64,000 bases of DNA from Patescibacteria group bacterium. GTDB lineage: Bacteria; Patescibacteriota; Microgenomatia; UBA8517. The notes under the pieces are model-generated. The model was not told the origin of the DNA. It searched no databases and saw only the letters and a program-made list of their open reading frames with translations. The stretch is from assembly GCA_035260845.1 (NCBI GenBank), contig DATFUL010000003.1, positions 11,067 to 75,066 on the forward strand. The letters are read 5' to 3'. The position numbers and the translations under genes were made by a program. Of the stretch, positions 8,718 to 18,412 are shown piece by piece. The stretch's first letter is position 1. Each line of letters opens with the position of its first letter.

Positions 8718-9983
8718 TCAAGGCAGAAGATCTTTGATTGACGAAATTACTTTTCCAAATATTCCGCTAGCTTTACTTGGTAGTTTTATCTTTTTAGTGA
8801 ATCTTGTCAAGCTTTCGTTTACAGGAACGTCATGCGCACCATAAAGTAAAAGTCCAACACAAGTTGAGAAAGACGGATTAACAACATCATCAATGAGCCC
8901 GGAAACTCCTCTTGGAATTCCAATTCTAACCGGCAAACTTAACATTCTTTTCGCAGAGTCAATTACACCTGCCGTTTCTGCTCCACCGCCAGTAATAATT
9001 GCTCCTGACGGAATTCTATTGGCAAGGCCTTCGCGCTCGAGTTCCATTCTTACCATTGTAAAAATTTCGTTTAGACGCGGTCTTATTATTCCTTCCAGTA
9101 AAGTTTTTTTTGAAATCTTAGTTACTTCAGTAACACCAAGGCCAACAAGATCCATTTCGTCTGATTCTTCTTTCTTTTTCTTATTTGACAATGCTAATTT
9201 AATTTTCTCTGCAGTTTCCAAGGAAACCCTAAGTCCAATAGCCAAATCATTGGTAACATTTTTAGCTCCGACGGGAATTACTCCTGAATAACTCAATGCA
9301 CCATCTGTATAGGCTGCAATTGAAGTCGTTCCACCACCAATATCAATTAAAACACAACCTAGTTCTTTTTCTGTTCCTGAAAGAACTGCCTCTCCTGAGG
9401 CCATACCAGAAAAAATAAGGTCATCAATCTGAACCCCCACCTCATTAATTGCCTTTTTTACATTTTTAATTGCTGCGGAGCCCGCTGAAACTATGTGTGT
9501 GTCAACTTCGAGTCTCACTCCACTCATTCCTACAGGGTCACGTACCCCAGTCTCGCCATCAACAATATATTCTCTGGGCATAACATGAATAATCTCTCGC
9601 GAGGTTGGTAGAGAAATTGCAGAGGCAGCTTCAATAGCTCGATCAACGTCATTTTGGTTTATTTCTCCATTTGGTTCGGAAATTGCAACTACTCCATGTG
9701 AGTTCTGGGAATGAATATGGGCACCCCCTAGTGCTACATAAGCCGACTCGAGATTGTAACCTGCCATCCTCTCCGCAGCCTCAACTGAGGAAATTACTGC
9801 TTCAACTGCTTCTTCAATATCTACTATTTGTCCTTTTTTAATTCCACGAGATGGAGAGGAAGCAGCTCCCATTATATTAATTGTGGTTTCCAAACTAATG
9901 GGGTCTGTTACGACCTGTGAAATTAAAGTGGCAATTTTATTGGATCCGAGTTCTATTCCAGCTATAATTCTTGATTTATTCAT
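8718..9983 (-). CDS. ftsA: Cell division protein FtsA (actin-like ATPase)
   Basis: N-terminal IIAGIELGSNKIATLI (phosphate-1), DIGGGTTSIAAY (phosphate-2), 421 aa, immediately upstream of ftsZ. Confidence 0.9.
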   Translation of the reverse strand: MNKSRIIAGIELGSNKIATLISQVVTDPISLETTINIMGAASSPSRGIKKGQIVDIEEAVEAVISSVEAAERMAGYNLESAYVALGGAHIHSQNSHGVVAISEPNGEINQNDVDRAIEAASAISLPTSREIIHVMPREYIVDGETGVRDPVGMSGVRLEVDTHIVSAGSAAIKNVKKAINEVGVQIDDLIFSGMASGEAVLSGTEKELGCVLIDIGGGTTSIAAYTDGALSYSGVIPVGAKNVTNDLAIGLRVSLETAEKIKLALSNKKKKEESDEMDLVGLGVTEVTKISKKTLLEGIIRPRLNEIFTMVRMELEREGLANRIPSGAIITGGGAETAGVIDSAKRMLSLPVRIGIPRGVSGLIDDVVNPSFSTCVGLLLYGAHDVPVNESLTRFTKKIKLPSKASGIFGKVISSIKDLLP

Positions 9984-9986
9984 ATT

Positions 9987-10670
9987 TTATTCTTGCACTA
10001 TCCTTAATACAGGGTTTTTGTACCTCATGTCAATCTGCGAATATGTTCCGAGGTAATCGGTTGTAACTTTTGTATATATCAATCTAAATGCTCCAAGCAA
10101 AACTTCAGGTTCGCTTTCGCTCCTTATTGGAAATATTACTCTAACACCGGTAGGCATATCAACAACCAAAGCATCGTTCTCAATCGTACCATATAAAACT
10201 TGATACATCTGATTAATACCAAACATTAAATGTGATGCAAATAAATTATAATCTTCAATTGGCTCGCTCACTTTTTTTAATGGTTCAGAAGTAAAAACAG
10301 CGGGTAAGTTAGAACTAGTAGATTGCGAAAGAACGACCCCATTTTTATCAACCAAATCAAATACACCCGAAGAAATGTTTTTTATGGCAAAATAGGGTTT
10401 TTTAGAAATTATGTTTACAAGAATTGTATTGGGCAATTTAAATTGTGTAGAAAAATCAGAAACAAGTTGTAAGTTTTTTAAAACTTTTACAGTTTCCCTT
10501 TTTGCAACAAATAAATTTTTTGAATTTGATATACGAAGTTTAGAGTTTAATTCCTCCGGGCATTCCCCAAACTGGCTTTTGCATTCAATCTTAACTTTAA
10601 TAAAAAAAGGGAAAATAAACAGAAAAATAATAATCAAGAAAGACAAAATATATGCAATCTTTTTGGTCAT
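9987..10670 (-). CDS. ftsQ: FtsQ/DivIB-like bitopic cell-division protein (position-based call)
   Basis: Single N-terminal TM followed by a POTRA-like extracytoplasmic domain. It sits between murG and ftsA, where ftsQ sits in dcw clusters. No strong motif. Confidence 0.5.
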   Translation of the reverse strand: MTKKIAYILSFLIIIFLFIFPFFIKVKIECKSQFGECPEELNSKLRISNSKNLFVAKRETVKVLKNLQLVSDFSTQFKLPNTILVNIISKKPYFAIKNISSGVFDLVDKNGVVLSQSTSSNLPAVFTSEPLKKVSEPIEDYNLFASHLMFGINQMYQVLYGTIENDALVVDMPTGVRVIFPIRSESEPEVLLGAFRLIYTKVTTDYLGTYSQIDMRYKNPVLRIVQE

Positions 10671-11779
10671 ATATACTTTTCCAAAAGAGCAACAAGCTTT
10701 GTTGAAGCATTTATATCCGGGCTTACAATATCAGAAGTTTTTGAGATTATTTTTTGCCAGCTTTCTATAATCCGGCTTATTTCTTTGATTACAGTCTGTG
10801 GCGTTGCCTCCTTTTCAAGAAAAACTGTGGCAAGTCCAAAGCCTTGGGCATATTTTGCGTTCTTAACTTGTTCATTCATAAATGTTCTTGGAAGTGGAAT
10901 AAAGATTGCAGGACGTTTAACATAAATTATTTCGGATACAGAATTTGCTCCGGATCTACTGATTATCAAGTCAGACTGTGAGTAATAACTACCCATTTCA
11001 AACGGATCAATAGATTCATAAACCTTGTAATTTTCTTTTAGGTGACTTGGTAATGATTCTCTAAAATCATTAACCATAACAAAATCGTTTTGGCCGGTTA
11101 CATGGATTAATATAAATCTGGAAAGAAGAGTCTTAGCAATACCAACTATTAACTCATTAATAAAATTAGACCCGCGCGAACCCCCAATTACAAGTATTTT
11201 TGGTGTATTGGAAAGTAAGCTCTTGGGTTTTACATTTAAAACGTTTGCCATTAACGGATTTCCTGTAATTACAGATTTATTGCTGGGAAAATATTCCGCA
11301 CTTTCTGGCCTTGCTAGCGCTATTTTTGTTGCAAAAGAGGAAACTGATATATTTGCACGACCGCCGACAACTGTTTGTTCATGTAGTATAACGGGGATTC
11401 TAAAAACCCACGACCAAAAAACAACAGGAACTGAAGAATATCCGCCAAAAGATAAAACTATGTTAGGTTTAATTTCCAACAAACTTCGAAAGGCTTCCAT
11501 AAACCCTAAAGGTATTTTAAGAATTGAAGGGATTGTATGTCTTGTGAATTTGGTTTGGATTTTTCCGGCATTAATGGAGATAAATTTGACACCCATGTTT
11601 GGAAAAACCATTGATTCAAGAGTTCCAACTTTAGAGCCTTCCATGGCTCTACTTGAGCCCAGCCAATATATAAAAGCGTTTTTTAGGTTTTTAGTTTTTC
11701 TAATTTCCTCGACAACCGCTATGCCAGTTGTTGCCGCATGACCGCCAGTTAAGAGAATTTTAGGGTCTGTGTTTTTCAT
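10667..11779 (-). CDS. murG: MurG, UDP-GlcNAc:lipid I N-acetylglucosaminyltransferase (GT28)
   Basis: N-terminal KILLTGGHAATTGIAVVEEI (G-loop); GGSRGS; two-Rossmann GT-B layout; dcw position. Confidence 0.85.
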   Translation of the reverse strand: MKNTDPKILLTGGHAATTGIAVVEEIRKTKNLKNAFIYWLGSSRAMEGSKVGTLESMVFPNMGVKFISINAGKIQTKFTRHTIPSILKIPLGFMEAFRSLLEIKPNIVLSFGGYSSVPVVFWSWVFRIPVILHEQTVVGGRANISVSSFATKIALARPESAEYFPSNKSVITGNPLMANVLNVKPKSLLSNTPKILVIGGSRGSNFINELIVGIAKTLLSRFILIHVTGQNDFVMVNDFRESLPSHLKENYKVYESIDPFEMGSYYSQSDLIISRSGANSVSEIIYVKRPAIFIPLPRTFMNEQVKNAKYAQGFGLATVFLEKEATPQTVIKEISRIIESWQKIISKTSDIVSPDINASTKLVALLEKYI

Positions 11780-12927
11780 GATTTGAATATCGGCTTACTT
11801 TGAGTCTTCGAAAAACAAGCTTTGCTTATATTTAAGAGTATACCGCATGCAGAAAGTATGGTCACAAGACTACTGCCTCCATAAGAAATAAATGGTAAAG
11901 GTATACCGGTTAAAGGAACGAGCGCTACCATTGAAGCGATGTTTAAAAAAGCCTGTCCGGCTACCCAAACAGTTATACCCGTTGCAAGAACTCTAGAAAA
12001 AGTATCAGGTGCATTTTTTGCAATCATTAACCCTTTATAAAGAAAGTATCCAAAAAGAAAGATAACAATAGAAGCACCAATCAAACCCAATTCCTCCGCA
12101 ATTACAGCAAAAATTGAATCGGTTGAACTCTCAGGAAGGAACAAATATTTTTGCCGTGAAGCTCCAAGCCCTACCCCAAATATTCCACCGGACCCGAGTC
12201 CAAGTAAGATTTGACGAATATGATAAGACGCCCCAAGCGGATCGCGCTCAGTTTGCAAGAAAGTCAAAAGACGTTCCTTTCTATATGGGGATATTAAAAT
12301 TAGACCAAACGTCCCCAAAGCTCCGATAATTAATGCACCAGAAAAATAGACCAAGTTGATTCCAGAGATAAATATTTCACTTAAAGCAATTATTGAAACA
12401 GTAAGTGTTGTGCCTAAATCAGGTTGAAGCATAATCAGCCCCGATACAATTAGAACAGGTAAAAAATAAGAGGCTGCACTTTTGTTTTTCGATGCAACTT
12501 TGGCCAAAAACATAGCCAAACTGAGTTTAATTAGTTCCGAAGGTTGAAAACTAAAAAAACCTGCATCAATCCAGCGCCGTGCTCCAAGTGCTGTAAAACC
12601 AAGCCGGGGCAAAAGTACTAGAACTAAAAGAAGTAGGGATAATAAAAAAAATGGAGTTGCCAACTTTTCCCAAAATTTATAGTTAATTTTTGAAGTTACA
12701 AAAAGAGCAACTATACCAACACCAGCCCAAACAAGTTGCTGCTTAAACAGGTAAAATTTATCTCCGTAAGTATTTAAAGCCTGTGGGGCTGAAGCATCAG
12801 CTACAGCAATTAGCCCTATAAAAACGAGGACAAAAATCAGAATAAATAAGCTATGGTCGGCGTAAGTTTTTTGTTTGGCAAGTTTAATTTTTCGCACATT
12901 ACTAGATTGTAGAAAGCCATAGTCCAA
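11776..12927 (-). CDS. ftsW: SEDS-family lipid II flippase/PG glycosyltransferase FtsW
   Basis: Multi-TM; SEDS motifs DSIFAVIAEELGLIGAS and GIPLPFISYGGSSLV; located between mraY and murG. Confidence 0.85.
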   Translation of the reverse strand: MDYGFLQSSNVRKIKLAKQKTYADHSLFILIFVLVFIGLIAVADASAPQALNTYGDKFYLFKQQLVWAGVGIVALFVTSKINYKFWEKLATPFFLLSLLLLVLVLLPRLGFTALGARRWIDAGFFSFQPSELIKLSLAMFLAKVASKNKSAASYFLPVLIVSGLIMLQPDLGTTLTVSIIALSEIFISGINLVYFSGALIIGALGTFGLILISPYRKERLLTFLQTERDPLGASYHIRQILLGLGSGGIFGVGLGASRQKYLFLPESSTDSIFAVIAEELGLIGASIVIFLFGYFLYKGLMIAKNAPDTFSRVLATGITVWVAGQAFLNIASMVALVPLTGIPLPFISYGGSSLVTILSACGILLNISKACFSKTQSKPIFKS

Positions 12928-13957
12928 AAATAGAGAGCATGATTCCTAAAAGCCAAGCCCTCATTACAATCTTAGGTTCTTCCCAACCTTTGGCTAAAAA
13001 CGCATTGTGTGCAGGAGCTATAGAAAAAAACGGGCGACCGCGAAACTTCCAAGACATGATCTGAATCGCCGAGGAAGCAACTTCAAAAATAAAAATTCCA
13101 CCCATTACAATCAAAGCTACAATGCTTCCGGTAAGAAGTCCGATTACAGCAAGTGTTGCCCCAAAAGAAAGAGCACCGGTGTCCCCCATAAAAATTCTGG
13201 CCGGCCAAATATTAAAATATAAAAACGCAAGAAGTGAACCAATCCAAAGCGCAATAAATAAAGAAAGTGGAGTATCAAGGTGCCCCGCAACTATTATTCC
13301 AAAAGCAGCAAGACATATTAAAAGAAGTCCGGTAGCTAGTCCATCCAAGCCATCAGTAATATTGTAAGCATTTGTAAAAGAAACAATTACAAGTGCAGAT
13401 AATGGAACGTACCAAAAACCCAAATCAATTACGCGTCCTAAAAGCGGGATGTGAATTATATGTATCCCTAAGTTATTGTAAATCATAAACCCAACAATAA
13501 ATGCCAAAATCCATTGAAGAATAAATTTCTGTCTTCGTCTAAGACCAAACCATAAGCCAAGAATTCCTTTAGTTGGCTTTGTGAATAATTTTAGAAAATC
13601 ATCTGAAAGTCCAAGGATGCCAAATGAAATAAAAGTGAAAAATATTATAGTTAGCTCTGAACGTAAACTATAAGAAGTTTTAATATATACCCCTAAATGT
13701 GAAGCGAGCGGAAAAAGAATCGCAAAGAGTATGCTAACGAGCGCGATAATAATTACACCGCCCCCAATTGGGGTTCCAGCTTTTATGTCGTGCATCTTAT
13801 CAAAAAGCGGAATCTTACCACGCTTCGGAGCTTCCGCCCTCCTTGTGAAACGAAGTTTATATAGTAAATTAATAAACGGAACTATTAAAACCGAGGAAAT
13901 AAGAAAGGAAAATATAACGAGCCCCAAGGCTAGGGGTAAAAAGTTAGAAGTATTCAT
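12902..13957 (-). CDS. mraY: Phospho-N-acetylmuramoyl-pentapeptide transferase MraY
   Basis: NAYNITDGLDGLATG (the MraY/WecA D-D-x-x-D region), about 10 TM segments, 351 aa. Confidence 0.9.
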   Translation of the reverse strand: MNTSNFLPLALGLVIFSFLISSVLIVPFINLLYKLRFTRRAEAPKRGKIPLFDKMHDIKAGTPIGGGVIIIALVSILFAILFPLASHLGVYIKTSYSLRSELTIIFFTFISFGILGLSDDFLKLFTKPTKGILGLWFGLRRRQKFILQWILAFIVGFMIYNNLGIHIIHIPLLGRVIDLGFWYVPLSALVIVSFTNAYNITDGLDGLATGLLLICLAAFGIIVAGHLDTPLSLFIALWIGSLLAFLYFNIWPARIFMGDTGALSFGATLAVIGLLTGSIVALIVMGGIFIFEVASSAIQIMSWKFRGRPFFSIAPAHNAFLAKGWEEPKIVMRAWLLGIMLSIFGLWLSTI

Positions 13958-13978
13958 ATCCTCGTGAAAACTATTATA

Positions 13979-15124
13979 CTACACAAGGGTATCAACAAGC
14001 TTATCAAGGCCAATCGAACGTGAGCCTTTGATCAAAATATAATTGCCATTCTTTAAATATTGGGTTATCAATTTACGCGCAGATTTTTCATCATCAACTA
14101 GAACGGTTTCGGTATTTTTAGAGCCATTTTTTATTTCTTCAATTAAATATTTTGAAGCTTTTCCGACGGCTATAATTCCACTAAAGCCCATCTTTGCAAT
14201 TACTTTCCCAATCTGACGGTGAGAAGACTCCTCATATTGTCCAAGTTGTTTCATATCTCCAATAACTGCATACATTTTTTTGTCTTTAGCCATCTTTCCA
14301 AAATAACTCAAGGAACTTAGCGCAGCTTCCGGGTTATTGTTATAGCTATCATCAAGAATAATAGCACCTGACTTGTGATGCAAAACAGAAAGTCTATGTT
14401 TTGGCTTTTGATAGTTTTTTATTCCAGTTTCTATGCTTGCACTATCTATTCCCAAACCTACGGCAACAGTTAAAGCAATTTCTGAGTTTTGAATAATTGG
14501 GTCACTAATGATCTTAAACTTTAAAACTCTTGCTTTAATCTGACTTAATATTGATTTTGAAATATAACTTTCATTCAGAACCGCGACTCCATTCTTAGAA
14601 AGGCCTAAGACTAATTTACTTTTTTCTTTAAGTACACCATCAACATCCCCAAAAAATTCCAAATGCGTTGGAAAGATGTTTGTTATAGCGGCGACATCAG
14701 GTACTGCCATCCATAAATAAAAATCCATTTCTCCCGGATATTCAACGCCCATTTCTAAAATCAAATATTTTGTGTCAATTCCTGCTCTTAAGATTGTATT
14801 GGGGATGTTGTAAACAGGATCAATACTTTCCCTTGACCAAACAGTTCTTCCAACATGTGAACAAATAGACGCAAGCATTTGGGTTGTGGTTGTTTTACCC
14901 GAACTTCCTGTTATGCCAATTACTTTTATATCGGTAAATTTTCTTAAAAACTCCAGATATTTTTTAGCAAGCCTTCTTTTGATAGGGTGTATAAACCAAT
15001 TCGAAAAAAAATGAATAACTATTTTTAATGGATTTTTATCTATTAAAAGTGGCAATTCAAAAACATCTTCATATGGAAGTTTCGGTGTCACCCACCACTG
15101 TAGGATTGGATTAACTTTCTTCAT
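13979..15124 (-). CDS. murF: Mur ligase; by position MurF (UDP-MurNAc-tripeptide:D-Ala-D-Ala ligase)
   Basis: Mur-ligase P-loop GITGSSGKTTTTQMLASI and a C-terminal Mur ligase domain; 381 aa (short). It lies between alr/ddl and mraY, where murF sits. Confidence 0.7.
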   Translation of the reverse strand: MKKVNPILQWWVTPKLPYEDVFELPLLIDKNPLKIVIHFFSNWFIHPIKRRLAKKYLEFLRKFTDIKVIGITGSSGKTTTTQMLASICSHVGRTVWSRESIDPVYNIPNTILRAGIDTKYLILEMGVEYPGEMDFYLWMAVPDVAAITNIFPTHLEFFGDVDGVLKEKSKLVLGLSKNGVAVLNESYISKSILSQIKARVLKFKIISDPIIQNSEIALTVAVGLGIDSASIETGIKNYQKPKHRLSVLHHKSGAIILDDSYNNNPEAALSSLSYFGKMAKDKKMYAVIGDMKQLGQYEESSHRQIGKVIAKMGFSGIIAVGKASKYLIEEIKNGSKNTETVLVDDEKSARKLITQYLKNGNYILIKGSRSIGLDKLVDTLV

Positions 15125-16266
15125 ACGATTATTCTGGGAAGAAGCGGGTTGATTCTCGCTACTACTTCATAATTAATTGTACCAATTTTTTTAGCCCATT
15201 CATCCGCAGAAACTTTTAGGCCATCTTTATTGCCAAGCAACGCCACTTCATCTTCAAGTTTTACATTTTTAACATCTGTAACATCAATCATGATCATATT
15301 CATGGCCACCCTGCCAACAACGTTTGCATAACTTCCGTTAATGATTACTCTGCCAATATTTGAAAGTCTTCTATCGTATCCATCTGAATATCCAACTGGA
15401 ATTACTGCAATTCTTGTCTTCCTGGTTGCAAACCAGGTTCGCCCATAGCCAACCGATTCCCCCACATTAATATACTTAATCTGTGCAACAAGGCTCTTCC
15501 AGGTTAAGACAGGCTTCAAATCAAGATCTCTTTTTTGTGCCAAAAGTGACACTCTTGTTTCTAACGAAGACCACCATCCATAAATTCCAAACCCAATCCT
15601 TACCATCGAAAAATGTGTTTCGGGATACAGTAATGTACCTGCTGATGCAGCACTGTGAATAAATGATGGATGGAAACCCTCCCCATGAATAACTCTAATC
15701 GCTTTTTTGAACTCAGAAAGTTGAGCCATTGGAAATGTCGAATCGAGCGTGTCCTCTATATTAGCAAAGTGGGTTGATACCCCCTCCAGTAATAAATAGT
15801 CTCTATGGTTTTTAATAAACTTAAGGAATCTTAATAAATCCTTTATTTGAATACCCTGTCTATTTAAACCAGTTTCAATTTTTAAATGGATTTTGGCAGG
15901 TTTGTTCAATTTGAGAGATAGAATTCTTTTTATAGTCTCCATGTTGTAGACAACAAACGAAATATCATTTTTGATTGCGACCGAAAGATTTATTAATGTT
16001 ATATATCCAAGAACTACTATTGGGATGTGGGAATCTATTTGACGAATGGTAAGGGCTTCATCAATACTGTCAACAGCAAAAACGTCAACTTTGTCTTTCA
16101 AAAGTAAAATTGTTTCTTTAAGACCGTGACCGTAAGCATTTGCTTTTACAACAACTCCTAATTTTACATTTTTTCCAATACATTTCCGAAAAACATTAAC
16201 GTTAGAAATCAAAGCTTTTTTTGAAATCTCAACCCATATCTTGAACCCATTATCCTTAGATTGCAT
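15121..16266 (-). CDS. alr: Alanine racemase (PLP-dependent)
   Basis: PLP-lysine motif VVVKANAYGHG near the N-terminus; about 380 aa. Confidence 0.85.
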   Translation of the reverse strand: MQSKDNGFKIWVEISKKALISNVNVFRKCIGKNVKLGVVVKANAYGHGLKETILLLKDKVDVFAVDSIDEALTIRQIDSHIPIVVLGYITLINLSVAIKNDISFVVYNMETIKRILSLKLNKPAKIHLKIETGLNRQGIQIKDLLRFLKFIKNHRDYLLLEGVSTHFANIEDTLDSTFPMAQLSEFKKAIRVIHGEGFHPSFIHSAASAGTLLYPETHFSMVRIGFGIYGWWSSLETRVSLLAQKRDLDLKPVLTWKSLVAQIKYINVGESVGYGRTWFATRKTRIAVIPVGYSDGYDRRLSNIGRVIINGSYANVVGRVAMNMIMIDVTDVKNVKLEDEVALLGNKDGLKVSADEWAKKIGTINYEVVARINPLLPRIIV

Positions 16267-17182
16267 ATCCGATTATCATATCCAAAAGTTTGGAATAGTC
16301 AATTCCGGCAGCTTTTGCCGCTTTAGGTAATAGAGAGGCTGGTGTTAAACCCGGGCTTGTATTTATTTCGAGAACAATCGGGTATTTACCATCTTTTAAT
16401 ATAAAATCTATCCTCGACACGCCTTTACAACCAACAGCCTTATAGACTTTAATAGCCATTTCTTTAACCTTTTTGGTTAGTTCAGGAGAAATTCTGGCGG
16501 GAACAATTTCCAGGGCACCCTTGTCGGTATATTTGGATTTATAATCAAAAAAATTTCCTTTTAAGGCTTGTATTTCGATTACAGGTAAAGCGATTGGATT
16601 TTTGTTCCCCAGAACTGCACAAGTAAGTTCTATTCCTTCAATATATTCGTCAACCAAAGCAATCTGACTATATTTAAGAGCAAGATTAAGAGCCGACCTT
16701 AAATCCTTTGTTTGTTTAACTAGCGATGCACCCACAGACGAACCCTGATCATAAGGTTTTATAAAATATGAGGGTTTACCAAGGTTGGAGGATACTTTTT
16801 TAAGACTCTCACCTTTTTCAAACGTAACAAACTTTGGAATAGGAATATTTTCCGAAACCATTATTTTTCTAAACATGACTTTATCTATCCCAATTGAAGA
16901 TGCTAAAACTCCCGGTCCTGTGTATGGGATTCCAAAAAGGTCTAGCATTCCTTGAACCGTGCCATCTTCACCGAATGGACCATGCATTGCGATATAAACA
17001 ACGTCGGGTTTTATTTTTAATATTCCTTCAATCCCCTTTCCAGATTTTGGTATAGGAAGGGGAATAACTCTATATTTATTTTTATCAAGTTGTTTTACGA
17101 CTTCTTTACCCGAAATCATCGAAACATCATGCTCAGGGGACTTTCCACCCATTAGCACAGCAACTTTAATTTTTTTGTCCAT
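16256..17182 (-). CDS. ddl: D-alanine--D-alanine ligase
   Basis: N-terminal KIKVAVLMGGKSPEHDVSMISGKEV (Ddl N-domain signature); ATP-grasp C-terminus (GCKGVSRIDFIL...LEINTSPGLT). Confidence 0.85.
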   Translation of the reverse strand: MDKKIKVAVLMGGKSPEHDVSMISGKEVVKQLDKNKYRVIPLPIPKSGKGIEGILKIKPDVVYIAMHGPFGEDGTVQGMLDLFGIPYTGPGVLASSIGIDKVMFRKIMVSENIPIPKFVTFEKGESLKKVSSNLGKPSYFIKPYDQGSSVGASLVKQTKDLRSALNLALKYSQIALVDEYIEGIELTCAVLGNKNPIALPVIEIQALKGNFFDYKSKYTDKGALEIVPARISPELTKKVKEMAIKVYKAVGCKGVSRIDFILKDGKYPIVLEINTSPGLTPASLLPKAAKAAGIDYSKLLDMIIGYAI

Positions 17183-18410
17183 TTAATGTATTGACTGCGG
17201 ATTTAAATTGATTTCCACGGTCCTTGTAATTTTCAAACATATCAAAACTGGCAGCAGCTGGGGAAAGAATTACAACGCCACCTTTTGGTGTTATCTCAAA
17301 CGCTTTTTTAACAATTTCTAGCATTGTGGAGGTTCCTAAATCCAAAATATTTTTATTGATAATGTATTTTTTAATTTGATCTCTAATCAAACCAATTAAA
17401 ATAATATTTTTGACATTTTCTTTTTGAGAAACAACTTTTCCGAGTTCCGAATAATTCAAACCTTTGTCAGATCCCCCAAGTATTAAAGTTTCCGATTCTG
17501 TAAAAGAATTAATTGCAGCAATGGTAGGCTGTGGTCCAGTTGCAAAAGAATCATTGTAGAAGGTAATATCGTCGATAGTATTAACTAATTCTAAACGATG
17601 CTCTAGACCCTTAAAGTTCCTGACAACTTCTAGAATTTCTTCATCATTTATTCCCAAAATTTTTCCAACTGAAACGGCAGCTGCAATATTTTCTAGATTA
17701 TGTTCTCCACGAAGAAGCAAGCCGGTTTTAAATTTGTCTTGCAACTTTGGTTTGGAAAAAAACACAATTTTCGCTTTTGTAAGTTTTGCAAAATTTTTCG
17801 ATGATTCATATTCCTCGTTTATCACAGAAAAATCATTTATGGATTGATGACTTACGATATTCTTTTTAGCATTAACGTATTCATCCTGATCTTTATGCCA
17901 ATCCATATGGTCGGAGGTAATGTTTAATACAACCGCAATATGTGGTGAGATATTTAAATCGATTAACTGAAAAGAAGACATCTCAAGTATTACCCATGAG
18001 TCCTTTGTGAGTTTTGGTAAGAGCTCTAAATATGGTTTGCCAATATTCCCTGCCAAATAAACATCCTTTTTAGCCTTTTTAAGAATTTCATAAATTAAAG
18101 TGGAAGTTGTTCCTTTACCTTTTGTGCCAGTAACACCAATTATCTTTGCTGGACAGTTTTCAAAAAATATTTTTATAGGGCTGGTTATTGTTATTCCACT
18201 TTTTTCAGCCTCAACAATCTCTGGAAGGAAACGATAAACTCCAGCAGAGCGAACAATTACATCAAAGTTCTTTAGATTTTCCAAATAATTTTCATCAAAT
18301 TTTTTATCAAGAACTGCAACTTTCGCTTTTTCTGTTTGCAAAAATTTTTCAACATCCTGACCCTCAATTCCATATCCTAAGATAGCAACTTTTTTGTTTA
18401 GATAATTCAT
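17166..18410 (-). CDS. murD: UDP-N-acetylmuramoylalanine--D-glutamate ligase MurD
   Basis: KVAILGYGIEGQDV N-terminal Rossmann; P-loop GVTGTKGKGTTSTLIYEIL; 414 aa. Confidence 0.85.
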   Translation of the reverse strand: MNYLNKKVAILGYGIEGQDVEKFLQTEKAKVAVLDKKFDENYLENLKNFDVIVRSAGVYRFLPEIVEAEKSGITITSPIKIFFENCPAKIIGVTGTKGKGTTSTLIYEILKKAKKDVYLAGNIGKPYLELLPKLTKDSWVILEMSSFQLIDLNISPHIAVVLNITSDHMDWHKDQDEYVNAKKNIVSHQSINDFSVINEEYESSKNFAKLTKAKIVFFSKPKLQDKFKTGLLLRGEHNLENIAAAVSVGKILGINDEEILEVVRNFKGLEHRLELVNTIDDITFYNDSFATGPQPTIAAINSFTESETLILGGSDKGLNYSELGKVVSQKENVKNIILIGLIRDQIKKYIINKNILDLGTSTMLEIVKKAFEITPKGGVVILSPAAASFDMFENYKDRGNQFKSAVNTLNGQKN

Positions 18411-18412
18411 AA

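Noticed and set aside
11208-11741. 177-aa plus-strand ORF antisense to murG, plus similar antisense ORFs (7507-7881 in ftsZ, 8893-9291 in ftsA, 26121-26528 in rsmH, 23471-23890 in murA, 28212-28756 in glyQS, 53668-53986, 57458-58168, 33988-34326 and others)
   Set aside because: Each lies opposite a CDS with clear family motifs. They have low-complexity or odd composition and no motifs. These are standard shadow ORFs in AT-rich DNA.
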